64,000 nucleotides of DNA from Trichosphaerium sp. ATCC 40318. Taxonomy: Eukaryota; Protista; Tubulinea. Each line of letters begins with the position of its first letter. Positions within the stretch are counted from its first letter, which is position 1. Positions 38,309 through 51,485 of the stretch are shown one piece after another. Position numbers and translations under genes: made by a program. The DNA lies in the NCBI GenBank assembly GCA_038496445.1, contig JALMLS010000404.1:124001-188000 (forward strand), given 5' to 3'. The notes under the pieces were generated by a model that saw only the letters and a program-made list of their open reading frames with translations, did not search any database and was not told the origin of the DNA.

Positions 38309-38959
38309 GCGATATGCATTGGTATAGATGCAGGCCACGGTATTGGCACTCAGATCACTACAATAAAGTTTGATGTTATAAATTTGTCGTTTTGCTTCCA
38401 GAACTTCTAAATATTTATGTTATCCTCTAGTCTCGTTGGTTTTTTTCTTGCACCAGAAGGGTTATTGTAACTATTACAACAGTTTGTATCCTTCGGTATC
38501 ATGAGTGAGTACATTGCAAACTAAATTTTCCTACTTAAAAGATAGTCACGACGACCTTGTGCCACCTCATGAGTTAAATGCATTGACCATAAGACAAATT
38601 AGTCACCTTGTAAACTTGTATGTCATGCCTTTTTCACAATAAATTTTGTGAGTCTTTTGTTTTTCGTTTCTTGTTTAGCATTGTACATGACGTGTAATTA
38701 AAATAACTATGTGAAGAGTGTATTTTCGAAGAGACTTTGGAAGCCAACTTACAGCATTACACTTCATCATGACGTCAAGACTTTTATTTTTGTACTATAC
38801 AATCACAGAGCTCTTTATAAAAAAAAACCGTGATGCACTTGAAGTATTAGAACAAGTGGCAGGACAAGGTCATGAATGTGTGCCTAGTTGATCAACACAC
38901 ACTTTAAAACAAAGAATAATTAGTTTATCTGCAATTTACACCCAAACGTTTCAGAACAC

Positions 38960-39200
38960 GTGTTCCGTTACAACGCACCTGAAAACATGGTATAAACAAA
39001 TTACGAACAAGAAACAAAACGCAAGTTGCAACAACAGTAGTAACACTTTATCATCCAAAGCAAGTACTGTGATGATATTAAAAGAACAATGTTCATCTAG
39101 GAGAGGTATACAAGAGGGTGAATCTAAGGTATGGTATGAGAACAGTAAAAAATGTTCAAGAAGCCAACATTTTGTCAATGGCGAAGTTGACCTTCCTTCT
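38960..39200 (+). pseudogene. Degenerate MORN2 fragment
   Basis: LKEQCSSRRGIQEGESKVWYENSKK...HFVNG without an intact ORF. Confidence 0.55.
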
Positions 39201-39381
39201 ATCAACTAAACTGTAGACAATGTTGGAAGGAAGGCAAAAATTCTTGTGGCTCTAGCACAGTGTAGAGCTGTTATATATTATACCCAACTGAAGTTGTTAC
39301 CCAAATAACGGAGTAAAACACGTGTAGCCAGTAAACAAATTACCAGAAGACACATAGCTAAACTGACATTTCTGTTTATTG

Positions 39382-40323
39382 TTATTCACATACAATACCA
39401 GATGAGAAAAGGAACATATTTCCAATAAGTGCAACGCCATCCCCACGTTCGAAAGAACCACAATTAAGAAAGGCATTGAAACCAATAATCTTACCTCTCT
39501 GTGATGATGATTCAGAATCATTGATAACAACAATAAAAGGGTATTCATTACCTTTAACTTTAACACGTGCAATCTGCTTTGCTTTATCATTTACTGAACC
39601 AAGAGCTATATTATCAACATCACCATAACTTTTTACACCTTGTAGAATAAAGTGATCTGGGTCATCCTTCATAAAATCATATTCATAGCAGTCCATTTGT
39701 GTGCCATCAACATTGTTTTCATCTTTATTCGGTATGATAGGCATATAGCTTCTTGTCCATTCTCCACTTGGTGTCTCTACAAATGAACAACCTGTAAACA
39801 CAGCTGATATTACACCTGATCCAGTGTCAACACTTCTACGAAGAAAGTCTCCAAGATACTTTCCTTCTTCTTCAGCAAACCCATAATTAGAGTCAACAAA
39901 AATAGCATCATATTTCTTGTCTAGTATTCCCTTGCCAACATCATTAATATCAAGGTAGTCGCAATTAACGCCAAGATCGGCCATCTTGCTAACTATAAGA
40001 TCTCCTGTATCTCGATTGTTAACGTACAAGTACTTGCCAACCTGTTTTCGTGGTTAGAACGATTGAACATGACCTCTAAACAAGCCACGTACAACCAAGC
40101 GCTTACAAAGCGTATAATATGGACGTTTAAGACCTAGATCTCGTATACTTGACTCTGAAAACGTAACTGGGTAACGAGACGCCAGTACTTTTCTCCACAG
40201 GGTACGAGAGTGCTCTACAAGGTAATTAAAGAGCCATGATACTCTCTGTAATACAGTCAATTGAGAAGAGTCAGCATTATCAATAATACACTGCCATATC
40301 TCTGGCGGTACGCTGTTTGTCAT
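39382..40323 (-). CDS. F-box protein with a class-I GATase/ThuA-like fold domain (one intron)
   Basis: SVPPEIWQCIIDNAD...LQRVSWLF (F-box); exon 2 KYDAIFVDSNYGF...LGDFLRRSVDTGSGVISAVF...DHFILQGV...GKIIGFNAF. Confidence 0.75.
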
Positions 40324-40534
40324 ACTGACACCAATAAAACACAGTTTGATACCAAAGTTGACTTTTTCTGTTCAGTCACGTTAGTCAACAAGTTTTTTTC
40401 GTCATTTATTTTCTTGTCACATAGCTTCCAGAGTGAATAATAATTGGCGAAAGATCTAGTTGACTAACGAGACTGAGATGGAAATATTTTGTTTTTGATT
40501 GATATTAATCACGTGATTAATGCGATGCAGTCAA

Positions 40535-40745
40535 TATTTCTTTACTATTTGGTTCTTTATCAACAAAATCCAGCAAAGTAGCTTTTGGTATTGATGTACC
40601 AAATGAAAATGAATACTTTTCAACAACTAATAAAGCCTTGCTTGTTGGGCTACTCACCGCATGTGCTGTATTCCATTGTCATGAAAACACTTACAAATTT
40701 TGCTAACATCCAAGCAAAGAGAACAACATAAAAGTTGTCAAGAAA
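40535..40745 (-). pseudogene. Decayed copy of the 3' exon/intron of the glycoside hydrolase gene
   Basis: Reverse complement aligns with 54876-55106 (e.g. gttgttgaaaagtattcattttcatttg). Confidence 0.75.
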
Positions 40746-40869
40746 GAGAGGACAGTAGTTTCTAAATTGTTGTGACCACCCTTTGAGTGATTTGACCCCT
40801 TTGTACAATGTCATTGACAGTTTGAAGAAAAGGGATCCCGCTAAAATTGCCACATATTTTAAGCTTACT

Positions 40870-42184
40870 TTATAAGACTTTAAATGGGCTGGTACCCTTA
40901 AACTTGGCGTATACAGACACAATTTTACATTTTTATATATCTTTACCTTCCATCATAAGGGTTAGAAGCTTAACTATCCTATTTGTTAGTTTGCCATTTG
41001 CATCCCATTGTTTGGATCCACCATGCTTTTCACCATCAACCCACATAAACTGATACTTTAGTTGTCCATTCTCATGCCATCCTTTGTTTGTTACCATCAA
41101 ATCACATGGACTGATACATCAGTTGCCCATTTTCATACCACCCTTTACATTGGCCTTGTCGCTTACCATCAACCCACATGCACTGATACTTCAGTTGCCC
41201 ATTTTCATACCATCCTTTACTTATACCATGTTCTTTATCCTCTTTCCACGAGCCCTGATATTGTATTTGCCCATCATTGTACCAACTTTTGGTTTCACCA
41301 TGTTGTTTATCCTCAAACCACATTCCCAAAACTTTGAGTTGGCCATTATCATGCCATTCTCTACTTTCACCATGTTGTTTACCATCAACCCATATGCCTT
41401 GGTCCTCAAATTGTCCATTCTCACGCCATTTGCTATGCTCACCATGCTGTTTACCCTCAACCCACATACACTGATACTTTAGTTGTCCATTCTCATGCCA
41501 TCCTTTGTCTACACCTTGTTTGTTGCCATCAACCCACATGGACTGATACTTCAGTTGCCCATTTTCATACCACCCTTTACATTGGCCTTGTCGCTTACCA
41601 TCAACCCACATGCACTGACATCTTAGTTGACCATCATTATACCAAATTTTACTTTCACCATGTTGTTTACCCTCAACCCACATGACTTGTTCCTCAAGTT
41701 GTCCATTCTCATACCAATTTCTGCATTCACCATGTTGTTTACCATCAACCCACATGTACTTATCCTCAAGTTGTCCATTCTCATACCATCCCTTATCTAT
41801 ACCATGCTTTTCACCATCAACCCACACGCACTGATACTTTAGTTGTCCATTCTCATGCCATCCTTTGTTTTCACCATGGGTTTTACCTTTAAATTTGCTG
41901 CACTGTTGCTGAAGCTTTCCATTTTTATACCATTGCATCCATAGTCCTTGTGGTTGCAACATTTCATCAAAGTGTGTATTAATTGCTGCTCTCTTTGATA
42001 GAGTGTGGAATTTTGTAAATACTTCTACATTGAAAGTACAAATGTACGTTTGAAGCTCACTTGGAATATCCAATAATCTCAAAGAATCTGATTTACTGCC
42101 CAACTTTTGTTTACGTTTGGAAAGAGACTTTAAAAAGAAAAAAAGTGTTAGTACTACAAAAAGTACACAAGGTGATCGAAACAC
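40870..42184 (-). CDS. F-box-like + MORN2 repeat protein with premature stop at 41102 and decayed repeats beyond it
   Basis: LLDIPSELQTYICTF, then highly similar 72-bp repeats (GWYENGQLKYQCMWVDGKQHG). TGA replaces a repeat Trp at 41102-41104, and broken repeats continue to about 40870. Confidence 0.8.
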
Positions 42185-42190
42185 TGGATA

Positions 42191-42427
42191 GTAGATGTTA
42201 GGATTTGACTTGAAATAACTTTATTTTGTCTTAGCACTAGGCATGATTTTTCTGGACAGTGTGAACATATGTAGCCCTTTGCAACTCTGTGAGATAAACC
42301 ATGAGTGTATATATCCTCATGCAGTACTTAATATGAGCATAAGAATAGAAAGTCACGTGCATGCTACAAAGTAGGCTTAATGCTAAAATAGAAATAGCAT
42401 TATTTCAGGTCAAATCCTATCATTTAC
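42191..42427. mobile_element. MITE-like element with 28-bp terminal inverted repeats
   Basis: 42191-42218 gtagatgttaggatttgacttgaaataa vs the reverse complement of 42400-42427 gtaaatgataggatttgacctgaaataa (25/28). Non-coding interior, second copy near 17.9 kb, no clear TSD. Confidence 0.65.
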
Positions 42428-42869
42428 AAACGATAGATTAGAGGTAAGTTTTTGAGCAACAATAGCTTCATATACGGTAATTGTTATGTGTGAAGGCCAA
42501 AAGGGAAAGTAATGTAAAGAAAAACAAACTTTTGTTTTTTTCAACACAAAAAATAAGACTCGTTTTTGTAAACGCTGTTTGCTACAAAGAACCTTCAGCC
42601 TGTTTTTACTTTGTTTTTGTACGTACCATACTTTAATTAACTAATTAAACGGTAAAACTGCTTTTTATATTAATAATAGGGCTTACGCTGCTATATACGA
42701 CTCTTGGAGTACTTTTTGTTTCCGTGTTTTGAATATTTGCTATTCTGCTGACTTAATGACTTTTTTTTTTTAGTATTATTAAGTCAGTTTATTGACGGTA
42801 CATTTCACACATGCCTAAATGGCTTTTTATGCTTCACACACCGTCGTTGACTTATGAAGCCGTTTTCAT

Positions 42870-43330
42870 TACCTCTAGTGCATCAATAGTGAAACATTAC
42901 AAGGTAAAGAGTTGTAAGAAGTTGTGTAAAGTAAGCGACGAATTGTGTATTCTGTCCATCAAAAATATGGTTATCTAAAGAACAGTAGCATGTTCAATAC
43001 CGTCTATCAACAATGCATATTTTGCACACCTGCCATTACCTTCATACCTTCTTCAATCACCTTTGTCACTGTTAGATAAATAGTGTGAACATTTACTAAT
43101 GCTTTGATGCAGTCCCTGACAATACCCTAACTGATATTAATCGGTGACTACTCGAGTCATTAACAATGTGCAATCATACAAGGACATAGTTGTATTTTGA
43201 AGCAAAGCACCTCCACAAACTAATGAAAACTCACGTTCGCTCTTAACTCTTGTAGATATGCAGGTTGAGATTTGATAGAATTGATCTTCAAGGTTATCCA
43301 ACACGTGACAGAACTGACGCGTTTGATAGG
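42870..43330 (-). pseudogene. Decayed LRR gene of the same family as 5649-8190
   Basis: Residual LKINSI and IKALV/VHTIYLTVTKVIEEGMKVMAGV with frameshifts. Confidence 0.6.
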
Positions 43331-43758
43331 TAAAATCTTGCTTGACAGATATGACAGTCTTCTGTCAGATTTGCAGGTAGTTATTTCCTACCTTACTGTG
43401 CCTTTAAAATGAATACCTTGGCAATATTTATTTAATGTTTGACTTGAAGGGTACGCACAATATTTAACGGAATGAATAATATCAGCCACCAAACAACGAT
43501 TGAGCAACAGAGAATCTATCATTCACCGTATAATGTAGAATACATGAAATAATATAATATTGCTTGATTCTTGTTTTACGACGTGCACACCACTATTACA
43601 ATAAACTCAAAGGGTAAATAGTAAGTAAACTTTTTTTTATTTGATTTTTTTTTTTGAATTATTCTTCGAAGCGGGTGCCAAATGGTTTGCGGTTTTTAAT
43701 TGCCCAATCTCAGCGACATCTGGCTTTTTTTTTTTTCAATGTTATTTTTTTGACAAAA

Positions 43759-46700
43759 TCAGTAGCCTCTTGCGAAATTGATTTTGAAAATGTATCTCAA
43801 CTTGGCTTGGCCTTCATTATATACCAAATACTCGGATTGAGTAAAGTATGAGGATTTGAATTTATTACGTTGTAAAGCTTTACCTAATTTAATGGTTAAT
43901 CAAAATAAAAAAAATCAGAAAAAAGTCAGAACGTTTGAACACCGGCATGTGCACTTGAGAGTTTGGTGTATTTAGAAAAATGTTGAACAATAATATTTCG
44001 AATTACAAAAAGCGTACCGATTGGTAGAGTTACCTTCTTGCCGTCAAATTCCCTAATTAATTAAAGTTAACAGGAGTAGCTTCAAAAAAAAAAACGAAAA
44101 CAAAAAAAATAACACGTACCATTCAACATCTGCAGATGAATCTGGTTCTGTTCTACCTTGAGCCAATACACTATCGTAACCTGTTGGTGCCTTTCTCAAT
44201 GAAGAATCATCACGTGTAATCTCGTGAGGTTTACCCAAAGCGACTTCAGTCAAAAACATGAAACCCTAATGGCCTGTTAGACTCTTGAACAAAATATAAT
44301 GAGAGTGAGATATACGTACAATGTTGTTAGCGCATCGGACATAACCAGCTGATTTAGAGTTTTCTGATGCAAAGTACACTAGCGCGTAAAAGTGAGTTGA
44401 CAATTAAAGGCAGGTACGGAAGCAGAAAAAAAAAATTATTGCAAATACAAGAAAACGTACAACCGCGACCAACACGACCACCAGCGTGCGGCATAATACG
44501 TAGACCAGAAGACATAATAGCGACAACAACAGCAACGTTAGTACCGTGCCACAAGAGCTTGCGATTCTCGAGATTATCGAATTTTTCAAAGCGAGTGCTA
44601 GAGCCTTTACGGTCCATCTAAACATCGTTTAGAACAACTTAAAAGAGAAAACGTTGGTTTTATACCTTCCAGATGTCCAAAACGTTCAAATCGCTTCTAG
44701 TAGCATGAACGTATTTGTTGAGGGTATTCCATTCCTTGGAGGCCTTCTTTACTTCAATCAACTCAGTATTGAGAGAGTTGTATTTGACATCCAATGGATG
44801 AGGCACCTTAAACACAAACCAGTTAAGCCACAGAACTTTACGCGCTTTTGGCTTTTTACCTCCTTGACATCTGTATCATCAGCCTCTTTATTGAGTCCCT
44901 TGAGCTTCTGGACAGCCATAGCGATATCACCAAGAGTAGACAATAAATCATACTTTCCTTGGAGGGTTTCAAGGTCAGAAATAGGTGGAGGGCGTTTCTA
45001 AAGGTAAGATTAGCGGATTTTAAACTATTTTACTAGAGTTTGTAGTTCAAGTAGAAGTAAGTGGCTCTACGCGTAAAATCAAAAATTGTAGAACAACGTA
45101 CACGGCCGAATGCATGAGGCACATTAGTGTAGAACTCGCTAGTGAGTTCGTTAAGCGTAGCTCTATCGCCACCGCTCTTGATCTCGTCTTCGATATCTTC
45201 CAAAACAGCGAAACCTTTGTCTAATTGAGCCTTTGATATCTTACCGAGAGGCATCTTCTTGATATCGATGTTGAAGCTTTTCAACTACAAGATACTTTAG
45301 AAGGTCTTCAAAAAAAAAAAAGGTTGTCCAAACTGTCTAGTAGCGTAAAACACAAGCGTACAGCAGTTTTAAACATATCATTATCGAAGATAAGCTTCAT
45401 AAAATCTTGTGTTGGCTTTGACAATGTGCATTCAGCGACCTTTACTTTGCCCTTGTGTTCCTTTGCCAATTTTTGAAGCTAAATATTTTGTCAGTGAGCG
45501 TTTGGTCAGAGTTTTTCAAAGAAGAAGTCAAACGACTCAGAAAACAGTCAAAAAAAAAAAAATTTCAAATCTGGTCGAATTTTGACACATGTGTCATGGC
45601 AACTCCATTCGAGATTAAAGAGCAACAATAGTTGGTATCTAATAGTAACAATAAAATATAAAACTCACCTCAGCAAGCTCTTCCTCATCGTCATCACCAT
45701 ACTCCATCTCAAGAAGAGTATACTTTCCAGCAACAGGAGTAAAGTCACCTCTATCATCCCAGCTGTTCTTAGTCTTACTTCTGAACTGTGATTTGAACTT
45801 CGAGATAGCTTTAGCCTTTGGCATACTAACCATCTTCTTTTGGCCATCCTCACCAACTAAAGAAAGAAAAATATTAATAAGTGAAATAAATCTCAAAAAT
45901 GATTAAGTTCAGCTTTTAGAGTCAAGTCATGAATTAAAATGTTAATCATACCTCTACCCCATCTCGTAAAGTAATAGTAGTTTCCACCATCATTGATGAC
46001 TTGAATAACGTAAAACTTGTTGTTATTGTTGGCAATGTTAGTCTAACAATTCAATTTAGCACATTAGAGGTATGACCTTGACTGAAGTTCTAAAACAAAC
46101 GAAAAAAAAACCACAGTGAAACATTGATGTTTATTTTGTTGAACGCGCGCCAAAATGCTTACCTGATTAAGCATGCACGCGTATTCTCCTTCTACTTCAG
46201 CCTATAATAACGTAAATAGCTTTATAAGGATATTAAGCGTACATCGCTAGCAACACCAGCTCTTAAAGCTAGTGGATCAACCTTTGCCTTACCAGATTTC
46301 TTTTGACGCTTCTTAGCTGCTCGGAGTGTTTAGCAAGACAATCACGCGATAAAAAAGAAGCGTTTTGTTTAAACTGGGTTTTTTTAGGGATTTCTCTTTG
46401 CGTACGTGGTTCTTCGTCTGATTCAGATTCCTCATCTTATTACAATTGTTAGATTGAGTTTAAAGCTTTTTTTTGAGGAAAAGTTTTTGTAAAATGTTAG
46501 GTTTAAATTCTATCTTGTAGCGGGATTTACCTTCTTCTGATTCGGGTTCTGGCTCAGGTTTGCGTTTACGACCACGTTTGGTGGTAGTTTTCTTTTTAGG
46601 AACTAGATTGATGCGTTAGTGGACCTGAGAGCGATTGTGGAAGCTAAAGTACCTTCTTCCTCGCTTTCTTCTTCCAAAGCTTCGGTTAAACGTTGCACTA

Positions 46701-46867
46701 GCACGGCTTTAAGGCCCTGTATCATATTTTAGCGTAAACGGTTTACCAGTTTAAAAACCTGTAGAAAGTTTTACAGGAAAACCCTCACGAACCTTGGTAT
46801 CGAGGCCTCGTTCCTTTAGCTCTGCTCTTAGCTCAGTAACTTTCAGTTTCTTTGGATCTACAGACAT
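43759..46867 (-). CDS. Poly(ADP-ribose) polymerase, PARP3-like, SAP-WGR-regulatory-catalytic, multi-exon
   Basis: SAP: KLKVTELRAELKERGLDTKGLKAVLVQRL. WGR: MLNQTNIANNNNKFYVIQ...FTRWGRVG. Regulatory: MPLGKISKAQL. Catalytic: LLWHGT...GLRIMPHAGGRVGRG..YFASENSKSAGYV...TEVALG...QSEYLVY (H-Y-E triad present). Confidence 0.95.
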
Positions 46868-47223
46868 TGCGATATGTAACAAATTGACGAAATTATGTCA
46901 CAAACTTAACGAAAAAGCTCTAAAACCGTCAACGCTGACTTAAAATCCCACTAAAGAAAAAAGATTCTTCATTCCCTATCACAACCTAACTTTCGCTAAA
47001 GATCATGCTAAGGAAGAAAAGACAAAAAAAGTATTTAATGCTCGGAATTAGTCGAAGTTCAAGAAAAATAAAAACTGTTTATAAAACCCAACGCCTATTA
47101 TTAATATTCAAGCGAATAAATTCAGTACATGATACAAGTCGTTAGTGATATTTTTTTTTCTTGAAATTTCTTCATGATCACGTCTTCTAATAAGGGGGGT
47201 ATGGGTGCTCTTCTTTTTCCAAA

Positions 47224-47777
47224 CTACAAAATAATACACGGACAGGCTTTAGTGTCTTTGTCTTGATCGTTAGTCGACGATTGGGTAGGTTTATTCTTGT
47301 CCTTGAATTCTACGTGTTCGCACTCTTGTAATTGTGGGTAGTCCGATATAGGTGTATCAAATTCAAGCCATACATTTTCTTCAGGCATGAAAAGGCCATG
47401 AGTGTCCTAAAACGATTTTAAAACTCCCATTTTCGCTTTCATAAAAACGATCGTAAAGGAAAAACAAAGACTGTGCGATTTTTTCGCTTCAAAACGAGAA
47501 AGAAAAACGCTTAAAAACAAAAAAGTAGTCGATTTAGGTTAGTTGATGTCTGTTTGCAAAACTACTTGTCGTGGATGTCGCCTCACGTGCGCTCACTACC
47601 GTGTGTAGTACGCAAAGGCTAAAAAAGTAGTACCTCTAATAATTGAGAGCAATTTACAGTTTCTGCGATATGCGCTATCGCGTCTTTTGTTGACATGGAG
47701 TCCTCGATACGGAGGGTTTTATAAATAAGAGGCCATGTCTCCGGAAATTTGATTCGCAAAACCACAACAGAACTCAT
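47224..47777 (-). CDS. Small ubiquitin-fold (talin FERM-F0-like) protein with CaaX box (one intron)
   Basis: MSSVVVLRIKFP...KTLRIEDSMSTKDAIAHI...|DTHGLFMPEENVWLE...VEFKDK...KACPCIIL*. Confidence 0.8.
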
Positions 47778-48479
47778 TGTTTACAATTTTGTTGGGAAGT
47801 GCGTTGCAATACACACTTGTGAATTTGGTATTGGTGCGGTTTTGGAGAGGGAGTTGTTTATACGCCCTACAGATATTTTTAGCCTAATTGCAATTAATTC
47901 GTTTCTACTCGAGCAAAGTGATAATAATAAGAGTTTCTACGGGATCGCTACCAAAACCACGAGAGTTATTTAATTTATGAAAAATTTGAGCTGGTTGCGG
48001 CTCGTATTTAATTTGTAATTATAAAAGGGAGTTTTTTAGTGTATCTTAGGCGATTTCTACAAGTGTCTCCACCAAAAGCCAAAGAGTTGTATTATAGCTA
48101 GCGGTAAATGCGTTTATATTTTGCAATAGTTTTCGGCTTATTTAAACAGCGTTGGGGTATTGCGAAAGGATTGTTCGCAAATCTGCATACAATCCATACG
48201 CAACCGTTTATTATTAGTATTAGTACGAACCTGAGTGCGAGAGGCTAGGCAAGGGATTTTTGAGTTGCCTCAGATAGTGAAACAAAACAAGACGAAAGGT
48301 TTTTGAAGGTCAAATACGATCTCGAAGTGGCTTAAAAAAAACAGTTACGTGCGTGAACGACATGACATTGCTTAAATATTAGTATCAATTATGCGCAAGG
48401 AGCGGAGTGAAGCCGAAACTTTGATAAAAAAAAACCAAACTTGTTTTGACGTTTTTTGCGTACAACAGTACTTTATTTT

Positions 48480-49150
48480 CTATTTTTTGAGCTCTGTGAG
48501 TTGCTCTCCTATACTCTCAAACTCCTTATCGACAGTTTCCTTCATACTTTGCACCTAAAGAAATAAAAAACAGTTACACTCCGAAATAGGAATCTACGCT
48601 ATGCGTTGCGCGTGTGATGGTTTGTATACGCACTTGAGAAAGAAATTCTTGAGCTGGCGATAAAGGCGTTTGGGAACGTTTGCTCTTATTTCTTGGCTCA
48701 CGCATTCGCTTGTTGAGTTGCACAGGCTGAGCGTTAACAACGTCAGACATGTATAGGCCTTGAGAGGCACCTAATATGGTATTAGACCTGTTGGCGGTTT
48801 TCTGAAGCAAAAGAAAAATGTCACCACTGCAGAAACTATCTATTTACGGTATTTGGTCATAATTTTAGCGCGTCACGCATAAAACGGACAGCCTGGTTAC
48901 CTTTGGGCGGTTGGTCCTCAAGCCAATCTAGTATGAACGGTTGCACCTCAACAGGCTCGCCAGACACGTCTATACATTTGTTAACGAGAAACTGGCGACA
49001 AATAAGCTATTTTGATCCAAACAAACAGTAATTTGTTTTGTTGTTTACTTCAGCGCTTTAAATACACCACCAGCATACCTTGAGTATTCTCCGACGTTTT
49101 TAAAGGTTTATTGTACCACTGCGCAGTCCCAGCCACACGCAAGGTTTAAA
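48480..49150 (-). CDS. Hypothetical multi-exon protein with a short coiled-coil end (5' end unresolved)
   Basis: Splice-compatible exons DVSGEPVEVQPFILDWLEDQPPK, KTANRSN...AQEFLSQ and VQSMKETVDKEFESIGEQLTELKK*. Confidence 0.5.
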
Positions 49151-49678
49151 TTAATTGACTCTAGTTATTTCTATAGAGTCTAAATGCGTGAAGGAGCTAG
49201 ATAAAAAAACAGTAATATCACGTGCGTGGCTTAATACATTGGTTGTGATTTGCTGACATTGCTCTAGCAATCGTTGTTTTTACAGCCGTAGCAGATATTG
49301 TAAGCGCAGGTAGTAGCACCCACAAACAAGTTGGGATAGTTGCTCAAGATTACGTAGTTGTACGGAATAAATGAATCACTTACCAAGTGTTTTTGTGTTA
49401 CTGAACAACCTCAAAAGTAGCTATGGCGATTGCAAGCCCATTTAATTAGTAAGTAGTTATTGCAACCACGTGCCCTAGTAACTTAATTTTCGGGTCGTCC
49501 AGTAGTTACTTTGTGGATCGAACTGCTACAACATGGTTATTACATTACCCTAAATGTAGCTTTCAACGATATTGCGTTATGTTAGCATTTCAGAACGTAA
49601 ACAACACGTTATGGTTTGTTGAACCGAAAGAATTCAAGTCAACGCCGTTTTTACTCATTACACACAAAAAAAACCAAC

Positions 49679-51485
49679 ATGGAACCTCAAACACAACAAC
49701 CAGCACAGGTACGATCCGTACTAGTGTTTCTTAGCGCTAAGTGTATTTGTAGGAAACCGGATACAACGTCTACGTTACCAACATATCCCCTAAAGCAACA
49801 GAAACTACCGTCACAGATTTTTTCAGCTTCTGTGGTAAAATTACAAAGATAGTGTTGTCCAAGTACGTTATACTGCGCGAGCGCATGCAATCATGCCTTT
49901 CTATAACTCCAAATTACCCGACGGTTTAAGAAATCGGGTAAAACTACCCAAATATACCTACTGGTATCCCAGGACAAACTATGAGGGTTTTAACCCAACC
50001 ACAATGCTTTTCCTAAATGTGGCCCTTGAAATTGCCCAAAACCGCGTGAAATGTCTATTTAATCATGTATAGGAATGGCGACGAACTACAAAGCGCTGTT
50101 GTGACCTTTCAAACTGAAGAAGCTTCTAAAACAGCTCTATTACTTACAAACGCGTTGATAGTTGATCGTCCAATCACTGTATCCAGTGAAGCTTCAGCAG
50201 GTACCGAAAAACAAAAAAAACACATTAAAAAACCTCCAACTAAACAAACGCCCTTAGCGCCAGTCGAAACTGAGAAAACAGTCAAAATTGAAGTCATTGG
50301 TGATGACATTCAACAAAAAAATTACGACGCTCCTGCTGATCAACGTGTACGCCATTGCGAATTAAATTAGAGCGCATTGACGCACATTTTAACAAGAAAA
50401 AGAAAATTTTTTGTTTTGGCTTTTTTGGGCTTTGTTGGGCTTTTGAGTTCTAACTCCGGTACACAGACAAAGACGTCTGTTATTGCGTCACTGATAGCTG
50501 CTGGGTATAAGCTTGGTAATGACGTCATCGCTAAAGCCAAAAAAACTGATGGTATGAATATCTTGGCTGTTTACTGTTCATTTCTGATTTTTTTTTGATA
50601 GAGGAGTACAGTATCTCTGCTCGCCTTCAACAGGGTGCAGATTCCATAAAAGCAAAGGCAGCTGAAGTTGATGAAAAACTTGGCGTATCAGCAACTGCTG
50701 CCACTTTGGGTAATGCTGTTGTATCCACAGCTCAAGAACTTGATCAGAGATACAAAGTATCTGAGAATGTAGCGTACGTGTTTTAAAACTCCTTTTTTAT
50801 TTACCACTGCTACTCGCGTAGTAGGTAACTCTTACATTCGTTGAATGTTGGCGGGCTTTTTCAAATAAATTGTTTCTTATATTTTCACTGTAGTGCTACA
50901 ACTGAGAGTGCCAGACAAGCTGTTTATGCAGGAGCTGCTACTGTTGCAGCACAACCAGGAGTACAAAGTGGAATTGATACACTTCGCGCTCTTGGTGCAA
51001 TTGGTTATAGCAAACTGAGCGAGGGTATCAACACAGTAAAAGGTATGAAGAAATTGACGTCTACAAAACTTAAATACTGATTTACGTATTAGCCACCGCA
51101 GGATTTGACGTAACACCACCTGCACCTCAAGAGGTTCATGACATGGCACCTGCAGACGAGGTAAATTAGATAATTTAAAGTTTAAGACACGTAGAGGAAA
51201 ACTGTCTACATGTTGTTTTTTATTTTTTTCCTCTGTACTGATTGTGCTTACTCAATTTAGGCTGATAAAGCTGCACCTGTCACACAAGTGAGCGCACCAA
51301 CTGGTGAAGATGATAAAGCTGCAGCACCTGTTGCAGATGTTGCAGCACCTGCTCAGGTACATGCAGACTCAGCTGTACCAGCTCAAGCACCAGCACAAGA
51401 TGTTGCTCCTGTTTCAGCACCTGTAGAAGCAAAGCCTGCTGTCGAAGCTGAGAAAGCCCCAGCTACTGATGAACCAAAAGCATAG
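49679..51485 (+). CDS. RRM protein, Vip1/BPA1-like, multi-exon
   Basis: VYVTNISPKATETTVTDFFSFCGKI...SAVVTFQTEEASKTALLLTNALIVDRPITV; VIASLIAAGYKLGNDVIAKAKKTDEEYSIS; Ala/Pro-rich tail. Confidence 0.88.

Noticed and set aside
38590-38670. Similarity to the intron at 19794-19960 (aaattagtcac, ttttcacaa)
   Set aside because: Only two short AT-rich words match, which could be chance.
41102-41900. 72-bp periodic repeats as a CRISPR array or DGR template/variable repeats
   Set aside because: The units are in-frame MORN2 codons with no unique spacers, differences are not adenine-specific, and no cas or reverse transcriptase gene is visible.
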